Assembly: GCA_047495785.1 (NCBI GenBank)
Contig: JBLDXI010000001.1
Location: 310,001-374,000, forward strand
Source of the DNA: Lepidodermella squamata
Lineage: Eukaryota; Animalia; Gastrotricha
Length of the DNA stretch: 64,000 nucleotides
Direction of reading: 5' to 3'
Shown here: in pieces, positions 10,775 to 22,635 of the stretch
Position numbering within the stretch: position 1 is the first letter of the stretch
How the letters are laid out: every line of letters starts with the position of its first letter
Notes under the pieces: generated by a model
Told to the model about the DNA's origin: nothing
The model's input: only the letters and a program-made list of their open reading frames with translations
The model's database searches: none
Position numbers and translations under genes: made by a program

Positions 10775-12589
10775 ATGGGCAAGGTGAAGTCGTTCACCCT
10801 TTCTCTCCAGGACAACAAGAGTGTGTTTTATCCCGGTGAAACCGTCAAAGGAACGTGTGAGCTTCAAATACAAGACTTTGTTAAAATCAGTTTGATCTCC
10901 ATCGAACTTGCTGGTCTTGGTAAAGTATTCTGGACAGAAACTCGATCAAGTGGAACCAGGCTTGGGCCCGTTACAGAGCATTTTCGTTCTGAAGTTGAAT
11001 ATGTGCGAACAAGGAAAGATATCCCGTATCAAGTTGGTATGTCACAATCAGGAGCATTGGCAAATGCTTTGATTCTATTAGTTGCTTTTCTTTATTAAAT
11101 AGATCGGTCTGACGGCGAGACAGGGGAGAAACGTCATTCGTTCAGCTTTCAATTTACACTACCAATAAAGTAAGGTTTCTGGCTTTCTTATTATTCAGTA
11201 ATTGAAACCCACGTTTTGCGATGCCATTCAGCTTGGTAACTTCTTTCGAAGGTAAATTCGGCTATGTCAGGTATTTCCTGAAAGCTGATTTGGTTCGCCC
11301 ATGGCCGCGAGCAATCACTGTGAAAAAGTACATAACGGTTATCAAACCTATAGACACCAATAGCCCACAATATCAGGTTTGATTTTTCCATGAGCGTGTT
11401 CTTGGCTCTATGTTCTTCCATTTTCAGCGTTCTATTGCTGCTAGTGACGAGTCTGATATATGCTGTTTTTGCTTGTGCCAATCGGGCTCGGTTCACGTTA
11501 CTGCACAAACGGACCGAGTTGCATACTGTCCTGGCGAGTCTGTGGCAATAACTGCTCGATTTCATAACAGTTCAATTCGCACGGTCAAGCCTTACGCTGT
11601 GTTGTGTCAAACTCAAAAGTTTCACGCAAAAGGGCTGACACAAACTGTTACCTATAGGCTTGCTATGCTAACCGGTCTTCCACTTGAGGCAAGGCAAACC
11701 GCCTCGTGGGATTCTCAACTTGTCAGGCTTCCACCTGTCTCCCCTTCCTTACTGAATTCTTCTTTAATCGAAGTTCACTATTGCATTAAAGTAAGCATAT
11801 TTTTTAATCGTTGCCAAAAATCTTATATCTCATTTTAGGTGGGTTTGGTAGTTCCATACTGTAGAGATGTTCGGGTCACTTTGCCTATTGTCGTGGGAAC
11901 GGTTCCGTTCCGAATTACCCGTCCGATTGTTGGAACGCTTAGTCCGCCAAGTGCACTGAATAATGAACCTCCATCATACTCGCCCTCATCGGGAATTCCT
12001 CGTGTCATCTCTCAACAAGACGTCAGTTGCAGCTCAGAAGTTTCCGTCAGCGACCCACCCCCTACTTATGTGGAGTCAATTCTGGCGGGTGGATTTTTGA
12101 CAGATGACGAAAACGATCAGTACAGCGTCAATTCAGATGATGAGGAGGGCGATGACACGGTAATCCAGCCTGTTAATACTGGTCGACATCAAGCAAGCAA
12201 TGTCGTCTCGGAGCAGCCACGATCTGAGCCTCACCGTTCGGATAGTTGGTGGCGCCGTTTTGGCGACCAAAGTCACGCACCTCGAGTCAATGTAGGTGCT
12301 AGCGAAGACATTCCATTAACTAGTCAGAGTCGCTCGCGTCAAAGCCGGCCAGCAAGGCATGCTGGAAATGCGCCAAGCGCACATAGCCAAGCAGATGAAC
12401 CATCTACTTCGACAGCAGGGTTCGCAGCAAGCAACCGTAGGTTTGCGCCGCTATGCCCGTATGTTGCTTATCCACCTCCACCTACATACAACGAAGTAAG
12501 CGAATTGTTTAATAACTTATTTCAGTTTTTTTTACCCGTTTTACCACTAGGTTATGGGCGTAGTTGCTGAAATCCCGCCATCAATTTGA
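10775..12589 (+). CDS. Alpha-arrestin (arrestin domain-containing protein, ARRDC2/3/4-like) with PPxY motifs
   Basis: MGKVKSFTLSL..VFYPGETVKG, VTSFEGKFGYVRYFLKA, YCPGESVAITARFHN, VTLPIVVGTVP; C-terminal PPSY, PPTY and PPTY motifs; about 6 short-intron-separated exons. Confidence 0.92.
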
Positions 12590-12924
12590 ATTCTAGTCGA
12601 AATCAAATACCTGAATTTATACTGAAGACGAGACGAAAGAAAGCTATCGAAGATCTCTATAATTCAAGATGAATAATATGATAGTATATTTATACATATC
12701 GTAATGCTGCCTCCTGTTGCTTCCTTCCTCCCGTTTAGTTTTCGTTGTTGTGATAATTTTACATCGCGTTTACGCATACATTTTGGATTGGAAGATTTAT
12801 TTACTAAACTATTTTTGTATTTTTCCATGTATTGTGCTGAAGTTGAAAGTGAAGTGAATTTTAATTCGAGTCGACTTGATTTGTTCTAATTTATCTTAGA
12901 CTTTAATTTGTGCACAACTGCGCA

Positions 12925-13328
12925 ATGTCTTCCAACAAGAAGAGCAAGAAGGCGCTTGAGGGCATCAACGCCCGTCTGCAGCTCGTCATGAAGAGTGGCA
13001 AGTGCGACCTGGGCTACAAGAAGACCGTCAAGTCGCTGCGCATGGGCAAGGCCAAGCTGGTCATTATCGCTAGTAACACTCCCCCGCTGCGTCGCAGTGA
13101 GATTGAGTACTACGCCATGCTCGCCAAGACCGGCGTTCACCACTACAATGGCAACAACATCGACCTTGGAACCGCTTGCGGCAAATACTTCCGGGTCGGC
13201 GTCCTCGCTATCACTGACCCTGGTAATTCACCGTCTAATTTAAATCTAAATTGCCTCTGACTCGTGTTTTTCTTTCAGGTGATTCGGATATCATTCGCAG
13301 CATGCCGACTGAAGACAAGCAGTCTTAA
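12925..13328 (+). CDS. RPL30: 60S ribosomal protein L30 (eL30)
   Basis: [78 protein letters not shown]; intron 13223-13278; ends [18 protein letters not shown]. Confidence 0.98.
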
Positions 13329-13487
13329 GGAGAGGGGCTCATCAAGACTGATGGCGGCCGTGTCTTCAAAAATAGTGTTTGTGATGAGAGATGAATAAAA
13401 AATTCCGTCAAAAATAAACCAGAAAAATTTTAAACTGAAACATCCGTCTTTTTCGATTAGAACATATTTTGAATTGTTAAATTGAAA

Positions 13488-14825
13488 ATGGCTAACCCTA
13501 TCCCACCTCTCTTTGGAGGGCCCATTCGCCAATCTTCTGCCGCTGCAGCGCCGGCAGGTCCACTGCATTTGGTAGAGTACAAAGCCGGGCGAATGACCCT
13601 TCGCGACCGTATGGTGACTCCCGACCGCCGTAAGGGTCTGCTTTACGTGTTTCAGAGCGAAGACGGATTGGCGCATTTCTGCTGGAAAGACCGAACAAGC
13701 GGCACGGTTGAGGAGGATTTGATTATTTTCCCCGATGACGTCACGTTCGAGCGTGTCTCAGCCGAGAAGACTCGTGGCGGTCGCGTCTTTCTCCTGCGTT
13801 TCCGCTCGAACCCTTCGCGCAAGTTTTTCTTCTGGAGCCAGGAGCCGCGCGAGGATAAGGATGAAACTTTACCCGAGCGTGTTGTGGAGGCACTCAACAA
13901 CCCTGCGCAAGTCTTGGCTGGTCTTATGGCCGCCCGATCTGCAAATGCTGATGGTCCGGCATCGTCTCGTTCCGGAGCAGAATCACTGCTGCCGCCGGGT
14001 GCCGCTTCGCCTCTCGGTGGCACATTCACCGAAGCCGATTTGCAAGCTCTTCTCGGTGCATACTCGCCACAACAACTGCTCAGCTGGATGAACAGCGGAG
14101 CTAACAGTAGGCCGGGCTCTGCCGCAACGCCCTTCGGTGTCGGCGCTGCTGCTGCTGCTGCGGCCGCGGCTGCATCTTCGACGGCCGCTGCCACCCCCTC
14201 GAACACTTCGGCCACCCCAGCCGCAGCTCCGCCCGCCCCAACTTCGACCTCGACAGCCTCCGACTCGACTGCGTCTCGTCGCCCTGGCCCCGCCGACCTC
14301 GCCGCAGCGCTTCGTGCAATCGGTGCGACAATGGCCCAAGGAAAGTCCAGTGGCAGCTCAGGCAGCGCAGCGTCAGTGGCTTTGTCCGAAATCCTGTCGC
14401 AAGCGGAGGTCGTCAATTCAGCAACCGCGCCGGGCTCGGTTACCGACCGACTAATTGCTCACCTGCCACCAGGTACAGGTCTGCCAGGCGACGAAGAATT
14501 GATCGCATCGTTGCGTTCGCCCCAATTCCAGCAGGCCGCCAACATGTTGTCGGCTGCACTCGAGACCGGTCAGCTCGGCCCTCTGCTCATTGAAATGGGT
14601 GTTGCTCGCGAGGCAGTTGCTGGGGTCCACGACGTAGAAACGTTTCTGCGGGCCCTGCAACAGCACCATGCCACGGCACCGGCCACCCCAGCAGCAAACG
14701 GAAGCACCAACGGAGGTGCCCCGAAAGCGCCGTCCGCTCCGAAAAAAGAATCCTCTGCTGAAGCGACCAATGGCAAGAAGGATAGTGACAGCGCCGACAA
14801 CGGATCTTCGCCCATGGAGCACTGA
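13488..14825 (+). CDS. ADRM1: Proteasomal ubiquitin receptor ADRM1/Rpn13 (single exon)
   Basis: Pru domain LVEYKAGRM..VTPDRRKGLLYV..DGLAHFCWKDRTSGTVEEDLIIFP..FFFWSQE; Ala/Ser linker; DEUBAD region LRSPQFQQA..ALETGQLGPLL. Confidence 0.96.
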   Translation: MANPIPPLFGGPIRQSSAAAAPAGPLHLVEYKAGRMTLRDRMVTPDRRKGLLYVFQSEDGLAHFCWKDRTSGTVEEDLIIFPDDVTFERVSAEKTRGGRVFLLRFRSNPSRKFFFWSQEPREDKDETLPERVVEALNNPAQVLAGLMAARSANADGPASSRSGAESLLPPGAASPLGGTFTEADLQALLGAYSPQQLLSWMNSGANSRPGSAATPFGVGAAAAAAAAAASSTAAATPSNTSATPAAAPPAPTSTSTASDSTASRRPGPADLAAALRAIGATMAQGKSSGSSGSAASVALSEILSQAEVVNSATAPGSVTDRLIAHLPPGTGLPGDEELIASLRSPQFQQAANMLSAALETGQLGPLLIEMGVAREAVAGVHDVETFLRALQQHHATAPATPAANGSTNGGAPKAPSAPKKESSAEATNGKKDSDSADNGSSPMEH

Positions 14826-15306
14826 ACGTTGAAAAGACTCCACCACCAAACCGGGTGTGCTATACATAGACATATGCAACAGTCTGTATTATTATTAATT
14901 TGGATAACAACAGCTGTAAAACACCGAGCTAGAAACATTTATGGTGATGTTGATTATTATTATTATTGTAAATTTGAATCGTCTCGCAGAGCTAAGGACG
15001 TTAAGCGAATCATCTTTTTATTCCTCCGTAACATGTCGCTGTTCTATTCGACACTTGTACGTTCGATCATTTTTGAAATGAAACTCTAAACTGCTTTTGA
15101 CGTGCTTTGTCGTAAACAAGCCGCTGTTCATCAACCCGTGTGAAATTCTGAATATTGCATCGCATGCGCTGACCGACAGAATAAAAAGTAGACTGCAAAT
15201 TTTGTATTTCAGGTCATGTTTTTATCATGAATTCCATTTTGAAGAGCGTTGTAAAGCAAGTAAATAAACGACCCAGACTCGACAGTTTCAGCCTATATCA
15301 AATATA

Positions 15307-15927
15307 CCGTCAGATGGGGCGACTTTGGCCATGGGGGTGACATTGCCATAGGTTTTTGCGATCGAGTTTAGATTACACACGACGTCATTCTCTCAGACAT
15401 GTTACATGTCAAGTAGGATGTCAATGGAAAGCCCTGATGATGGAGAATTTAATTATATACGTCGTGGAACCTTTTGGGCCGTATGTACCTTGATAAATGG
15501 CGTGGAAGGGTGGCAAAGTGACCCTGAGTACGGTTTAGATGCAGATGGGGTGACTTTGCCCTAACTCAAACCGCAGGTGGAAAGGTGGATACCTCTCAAG
15601 TTGGGTACCGCTGGATAGCTTGTGTCGGGGGCTGCTCGAAAATGACAAGGTTATTTCATTTTGAGCACACCTGGTCGACTTTAGAGTCATCTATATTCTG
15701 CCGAAAAGTGTATTTTTTTCGCTCAACTTTACCTGTGTTTAATTACCAGGTATTGTTATAGGCTGAAGTATGTTCAAGACATTCCAGTTGGTCTTTTCTC
15801 GGGCTTTCCAACGGTATCCCACTCAAGGGGTCTTTATCTTGATACCTCTGAGATATGGCTATGCGAAAGTCGCCCCATTTTCCCGTGGCAATGTCACCCC
15901 ACTGTCCAAAGTCGCCCCATCTGACGG
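15307..15927. mobile_element. Non-autonomous DNA transposon (MITE), Tc1/mariner-pogo type
   Basis: TIRs CCGTCAGATGGGGCGACTTTGG..GGGGTGACATTGCCA and TGGCAATGTCACCCC..CCAAAGTCGCCCCATCTGACGG; TA on both sides (15305-15306, 15928-15929); internal repeats of the GGGG(C/T)GACTTT motif; no transposase. Confidence 0.9.
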
Positions 15928-16359
15928 TATTAATGAGCATTTCATGAAGTTGATGATCACCTTCGCAGGAGATATGACAAAAACCTACGGAAAATGATAA
16001 GCAGTTCGTATTGATCAGAATAATTTTATTGCATTTTATTGCAAGTTTGATAGGCTCATGATTACTAGGCGGTCGCAAAAGTAATGTTAGCTTGTTTCTC
16101 ACCGTCGGCCTCTGTTGTGAACCCTCGAAACACACTTGAAAGGAATACACCCGCTATCGCAAACTTCGACGATTTTAAGAAAGCTTTTGAAGCACGCCCA
16201 TCGTAGCACATAATGCTCTCCTGCGGTCATACCTAATGAAATCGGCAGTCGAAAATTACAGTACATTGTTCTGACCGGTAACGATGATATTATTTAAAAA
16301 CTTAGCTATCAAGCGTGTCGTTAGACAAGGATTTTTTTATCTCACCGATGCTATTATGC

Positions 16360-16830
16360 AACACAATCGACTTGGCTGTACGACGCGAAAAGCGCACAAC
16401 GGCAGTTGAGACACTTTTCCAACAGCGGCAAGGTTGGATATCAAGATGAATAACGAATAACTCGAAGAATTTGATAAACGATATTTAGTGCATTGGGAGT
16501 TTCATCAGTCTCGAAGGCATGAATTTTGACATTAAGCAAAGGCTAAGGGAGCAGTGTATGCGTCTGGAGAAGCTTGCGTCTCGAAAGAGGTGACCCGCAA
16601 GATTGAAATCCGTATCTTCCCCACAATAGTTGTAAAGCGTCACGGGTCGGAGTGCTTGCGATATAAAATCGTGAAACTCGATGCCTTGGACGCCTTTTTC
16701 AATTACTGCGCAAGGCATGCGACATGTATACCAGCCGAATGCTGGCCAAGGGCAACGAGGATCTACATCGGCTGGTGTATCCTTCCACTGTTAGCGGAAA
16801 TATGTATGTGGCGATTAAAGTAGCAGGGCT
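16360..16830 (+). CDS. Possible small-exon gene of unknown function
   Basis: GT/AG-bounded coding-like pieces (IDLAVRREKRTTAVETLFQQRQ; FISLEGMNFDIKQRLREQCMRLEKLASRK; VKRHGSECLRYKIVKLDALDAFFNYCAR). No homology recognised. Confidence 0.3.
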
Positions 16831-17494
16831 ATAGATGAAACTTTCTATACATGAAAACCCGAGACCCTCAAAGAGGCCATCGACCAAAAGGCCCGCGGTC
16901 GAACGAAAACCACTTTGAGAGCAATCGGTAAAGGACCGCTAAACTTCACGAAAGCTGGGGAAGCCGCTGACCGATAAACCTAGCGGGAACAATAAACACA
17001 TCTGGAAATCTTCATCTTCAAACGGTTTTGTTGAACTAGGTATTTTTGACTAACTAGGTGGCTAACTAAATATTTCGGAGAACAGTGGTGTGCGGCCGAA
17101 AAAACGATTAAGCTAACTGTTCAACTTCCACGCCCCACATTTTTATACGAAAGAGGTACCTAACTTGCCCATATGATTGTTTCACTCGAAGATGGACCTT
17201 CGGCGAAATTTATCGACTGGAATGTTCTTGTGGAAATGCCATTGTCTTAGGGTCTCAGAAACCGAAATATTGGAACCCAAAATCTCGATGCCTATAATAA
17301 TCGATCGGCTGGTAATGCCTTAATGCCAATCGATGTTAAAGGAAGGCCACTTTTTGAATTTGGATATACTGAAGGTTGTGGCATAGGTGACAAATAATGT
17401 TCCAGTCGAAAATGATTTGGAGAATTTTTTTATGTAACATCTGCGATTAGGTGAATCTTCCGGTCAATTTACCCCACACCACGGTAATACTTGG

Positions 17495-17785
17495 ATTTCG
17501 ATCGCTCGTCTTGTATCGATCTATCACGTGTGTGCTTGTTCGAAGCTTTTGTGTGTCGACAACTCAAATAGTTCTCTTTGTAAAACTGCTTATTCTCCGT
17601 CTTGTTATTTCACTTGTTTGGAGAATAAAATTGTTTGAAAAGTTTGGCAAGAATTTCATTGCATTACTGATCTGATTTCCTTCAGCAGCGTCAAATTACT
17701 AGGTCATCTTGAGAGCTGTTCACACAAGTTTACTAGCGCAGAATCGTGTACCTTGTAACGAGAATTCCTGCAGTAAAATTAGTTT
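17495..17785. repeat. Diverged dispersed repeat, copy 2 (uninterrupted; shows the LINE empty site)
   Basis: Colinear with 3690-3896 joined to 5491-5570; junction aggtcATCTTgagagctgttcacacaag at ~17701-17728. Confidence 0.85.
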
Positions 17786-17824
17786 CAAGTGTGAATTCCT
17801 CAGTGCATAAACGAGATATGTGTT

Positions 17825-18082
17825 TTATTGATTCCTGTTTGCGTTTTGGCCCCTGGCTGGCATTGGTATTGTGCTTTCGTTCATGGCGCGGTCGTGCTCT
17901 TCGTTGTAGTATTTGCTGTCTAGCGCTTGGTAGTACTTGTGTGTAGGTAGCGCTATGCCAATCGGGTGAATCGAGGAGCGGTGTCTGATATAGGCCCACA
18001 CGCAGATTGTTATCAAAATGCCGATTATCAAGATGCCAATGACAGCTAAATTTATAATGAGATCCAATGTCTCATTGAGCAT
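17825..18082 (-). CDS. Putative 85-aa single-pass membrane microprotein
   Basis: MLNETLD-LIINLAVIGILIIGILITICVWAYI-RHR: strong hydrophobic helix followed by basic residues and a polar Tyr-containing tail. Confidence 0.4.
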   Translation of the reverse strand: MLNETLDLIINLAVIGILIIGILITICVWAYIRHRSSIHPIGIALPTHKYYQALDSKYYNEEHDRAMNESTIPMPARGQNANRNQ

Positions 18083-19065
18083 GAGTAAAATTTCATGGCT
18101 TACCTACTGCACCATAAATGAGGGCCTGATAGACTAATGCCCGCTGCGCCTCGGCTGGCAAACAATTAAATGCATCACGAGAACAAATTAATATAGCTTT
18201 GCTTACGCAGTGAATCGGCTCCGAAAAAATCATCACATTTCGCTAGCTCCAGCAATGCTACGAAAATCAGGGTCGATTCTAACATTTTTAAACGTATTTC
18301 AACACGACCCAAATTTACTTCTGCTTGTGCATATTTCGTTTATTCATGTCGCTTGGTAGCATGGGCGCTCTGAAATGAATAGCCCTTTCAACCTGATGAA
18401 TCAAAAATAACTGAATTACCACGTATATCGTCTCTTTATTTTTTCCTGATAATAACATCTATTGGTAATAGACGCAGCCATCTCGAGAACGCATTCAAAG
18501 CCAAAATATAGCAGCAACACGAACAGTGTAGCCGGATGGATTATGCACATAGCCGCTCGAGACACGTGTATAAGCAGTGGTTGCATGCAGTAAACAGTGA
18601 ATGTTTATGCGTTACGACACTGATAAGCATAATTTATCACACGACATGACAACCATTTTGCAATTTGAACATTTCAGGATCACATCAACCGTGCTAAAAT
18701 AGTTTGTAACATATATAAACCCATAAGTTCGACCGAAACCAGGTAATATGCTCTGAACTGCACTTTTTCGACGACTAAGAATGCGACGAAAGCAGGTGGT
18801 CTTCCAGTACAGCGCAGCAGAAAATAATATCACAGATGTGCATAGGCGGCCGAAGACATTTTTTGCATACCTCGCCAATAAGTACCAGACAGCGGCCGCT
18901 TCTCGCAACCAAAGCTGCGTGAGTCTCGACGATTCACACGCCACACGAACAAGGTGCACTCAAACAAGAGTAAAGATGGCGAGTATTTATAAAGCAAATC
19001 GAACACTCCAAACACAGGCGCGTAAAAAAGGTAACGGGTGACACGTAAAAAACTGTTCTAGCATT

Positions 19066-20043
19066 TCAAGATGAGGTGCTCTTTTTCGAACCTAGAAGCT
19101 GCCAGTCTACGGATTGGCGCAAAGCTGAAAGCTGCGATTCTACGTCATGCAGATCGTTGCGTAACTTGTTATATTTTGGCAGGTCGAATTTAGCCTTGGT
19201 GATCCGCTTGTGCACAGTGATCAAATTTTGCCGGTCGAACATGGCAGCGAAGTTGGCCTCTTGGCGGGTAACCACGTAATAGGCATAGAAAAACAGTCCA
19301 GTTCCGTATGTCACAAAATAAGTGATCGGCTCCACAATATCCCAAGAATAGTCCCACCACGTCAGCCGAGCCAGGAATCCAAATTGGGTCGACATATATG
19401 CTAGGCCTATCCATGCCATCAGTCGCGTGCGGCGATAGCTGTTTTGCAACATTTCCTGCACCTTTGCCTCCAAAGGTTGAAGTTCTTTTCGAAGCGCTTC
19501 TGCTTTAAGAGCCAGCTCACTTTCAGCCTTGAGCAGCAAGTCCGCGTTCGAGCCATTGCTTTGCGGCAAAACGGGAGGTTCCCCTTCAACTTCAACGTTC
19601 AGAGATTTACCATCGAATACCAACTGTACCGGCTGCGCGGCTAAAACCTGCCACGCCTGAGTCGATAGCTGCGCGAAACGGACGGAATCCGTTGGAGATT
19701 GGAAAACGACGGCGTCGGAAGTAACCCCCTCCTTCTGTATGGTCTCTGCAAGACTGGCAAGAGTGGTCCCGTCGTTACGCACGACAAATCTCCTTGGCTC
19801 GCCATTCGCAAACGGTATGGTCAGACAGACAGCGCCGGCTTTATCGAAACTGACTCGGGCAACTGTAAGGGAAAAGCCTTAAATACTCGCTTCGTGGATG
19901 CTATTTTTCCTACCTTCACTTGCACTGCTAGATAAAAAACGATATTGCTGATGTGATCGCGGGCAGAATAGTTGCTTTAATGGCAACGATGAGGTATGGC
20001 TGCCAAGGTAGAAGCCCAAGAGGCGAGCGGTGCGGAATGACAT
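19066..20043 (-). CDS. MCU: Mitochondrial calcium uniporter pore subunit
   Basis: Presequence-like N-terminus (MSFRTARLLGF), intron ~19863-19913, coiled coil, then WIGLAYMSTQFGFLARLTWWDYSWDIVEPITYFVTYG and FDLPKYNKLR. Confidence 0.95.
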
Positions 20044-20483
20044 ATTCAGTATAAATAAAATAAACAAGCCTAAAAGGAAATGAGACATGTTATTTCAGGA
20101 AATCACATTTACTAAAAATAGCCCAGCTGTTTTCTTCGTCAACTACCAACGACGATAACGCATTAATGCAATCAGAATAATAACAATAGGAATTCTGATA
20201 TACAATCTGTTTGTACGATTTTGAGGAAAATTTCATAACCACGTCTGCATTAAAGAATATTTACAGGTAATAATTATAGATTTGTAAAAAGAAAGCAGAT
20301 AACAAGCCACAGTTGCACAACCGATGACTAAATAAATAATAAAATTCCTAGGAATTTTTTCTCCTCTATAGTAAAACATCAGAGGTGAATCAAAGCGGTG
20401 ACGCTGAGTCACTCTCTCGTGTGCACGTTAAACAGGCAACATAAGGTAATTAAGAGTGAAAAACGTTTAAATATGACTATCTT

Positions 20484-21888
20484 TCACATGCAATGAGACC
20501 ACGATATGAGATTAGCATTACCAGGTATTTCTTCACTAGCCAGAGTTACTGCACTGGAGTCTAGTAACGAGCTTCGAATGGAATCTATAAGCCTTTGAGT
20601 CGCTAATGCCATGTTAGCATCGACTATTGATCGCGAAGTCACCATTTTTTTCATAACCATAGAAAACAATGCGCCGCTGTTAGCCTCAGCCTCCAAACAA
20701 TTGGCACTGGATATCAGCTCGTAGGATAACAGGTCGGCGAAGTATCTGATCGATTCGAACAATAAGCATTTTCTTGCTGTTTTTTCACCCAAATCTGAGC
20801 TTGAAATTTCCAATGCACAGTTTGGAGATTCAGGAGCTTTACCCCAGCTCCATAGGGTTCGACCATCTGTCTTGCATCTTATACAGCAATCAGCGATTAC
20901 ATTCACGTTGATCTCAGGATCACTGTTTAGGTCGTTGAATGTTTCTGACGTGATAATTTCCACCGATACAACACTTTGAGTTTGAATTGTCTTTTTAGGA
21001 CTACCCGAGTCCGTGGTAATAGTGGTTTTCGCGTCGGCCAGTCGACGCTTCTTCAAATCAATTTGTAACCAGCAAGCGTCTTCAGCTGTTCGCGGCCATA
21101 GACGGGCTGAATGAGAAACAAAGTCTTTCGAATCATCAAGTAGTTGTGCAGTGCGTCCTTGAATGGTAACCGTAGTAGAATCTGATCTAGATTCTTCATT
21201 TGAACAATCCAGCAGCAAAGCAAGAGATGCGTCCAATAAAGGAGCTCCCAACTGCGATAACGCTCCTCCTCCGCTAGCACTGTCAGCTTGCCAATCACAG
21301 CTTCCGAAGAGGTTTTGTGGAGAAGTAATAGCGGAGATGGACACAGATCGTATATTTCCTTTACATTTCTCAATTTTTGATGATATCTCACTTCGAAGTC
21401 GGCAAAAAGAAGGTAGATAATGGAAGCCGGAAGCAAGAGCACACACCAGGGAAGGATATGCAGCTAGAGCCTCAATCAAAGTGGAATTTTGAGCATAGTC
21501 TATTGACAATGGATATCCTGGAACTAAAAACACGTGCTTCCCAGCATGAATAGCCTAAAAGAACAAAATAGAGAATAGAGAATCAAGCCAGAGTAAAAAA
21601 TGTAGCTACCTTGGCAGCCAAATTCGGCTGAGTTGCAGGGCTAGCGCCACATATTGCAGCAACGACGACATCATGTTGAGTCAACGCATCATCACCACGT
21701 GAGCAGCAGACAGAGAAGGGTAAATCAAAGGCGGAAGCGAATTTTTGAGCACGGTGTTTGTCGGCATCCCATATCGCAACAATAGAAAATAAACGCACAT
21801 CGCCAACTTTGTGCTTCAGTAATGAGGATAGTAATAACTGCGCAGCTACATCTCCGGCTCCTAATACTGCAATGCCAACAGGGACCAT
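20484..21888 (-). CDS. GFO/IDH/MocA-family (GFOD-like) oxidoreductase-domain protein, divergent
   Basis: Rossmann start VGIAVLGAGDVA; exon 2 begins AIHAGKHVFL; later FHYLPSF and SGGGALSQLGAPLLD (GGG-L-xx-G motif). Confidence 0.75.
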
Positions 21889-22635
21889 AAAATATCTACT
21901 GAAGGAAAATACCAATTTAACGATCAGCGTGCATTTGTCGGTAACAAATAATAGGTAAAGTATCCACCGAATACAACTTTTCGAAGCATTTCATGCAGTA
22001 TGGAATGTCGACTGTCTTGATATGATATACTGACAGAAACCAGAAACGGTCATGTCTATCCTGGAAAATAATGTTATGCTACAGGTTATCCGTTCCGTCT
22101 TCCGTGGTAGAAAGCCCGAACAACTGAGCGACAAATCGAAGGTGTAACCACGAACCCCAACAAAGATGATAAGCTATCAAACAACACCCAAAATATCCGA
22201 ATCGCCGCTCACTACTCACTAAGTGAAAATTCTGAATACTGTAACTGCTATCACGGTTTCATCTTTGAGTATGAATCAGAAGCTGTCAGAAGCTGCTTTC
22301 TCTCCAAGAGAAAGCCAAATGACTCTTTCACGCAAGAGTAGTAGTGGAAAATATGCGAGCTTTTAGCAGCTTCGCCTCCGGGACACACTCCGGTCAACTT
22401 TTCGCGACTCTCACTATACCCCGATTTGGAAAAAATATGTAAAATAAATTATTCAGAGAATTTGTTGCCTTGTTATTTTGAGGACAGTTCATCATCAACC
22501 AGTGGTTATGCAATTTATATCTATTGAAAATCAATTTTATTAGATTTTTATATTTCGCTCATCTCCGCAGTCGCCAAAAATCGTTCAGCTGTCTGTAATT
22601 TTCTGACTTGTGGTCCACGACTGAGTGAGTCAGTG

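Noticed and set aside
13652-14938. Long minus-strand ORFs over ADRM1
   Set aside because: Antisense shadows of GC-rich, low-complexity coding sequence.
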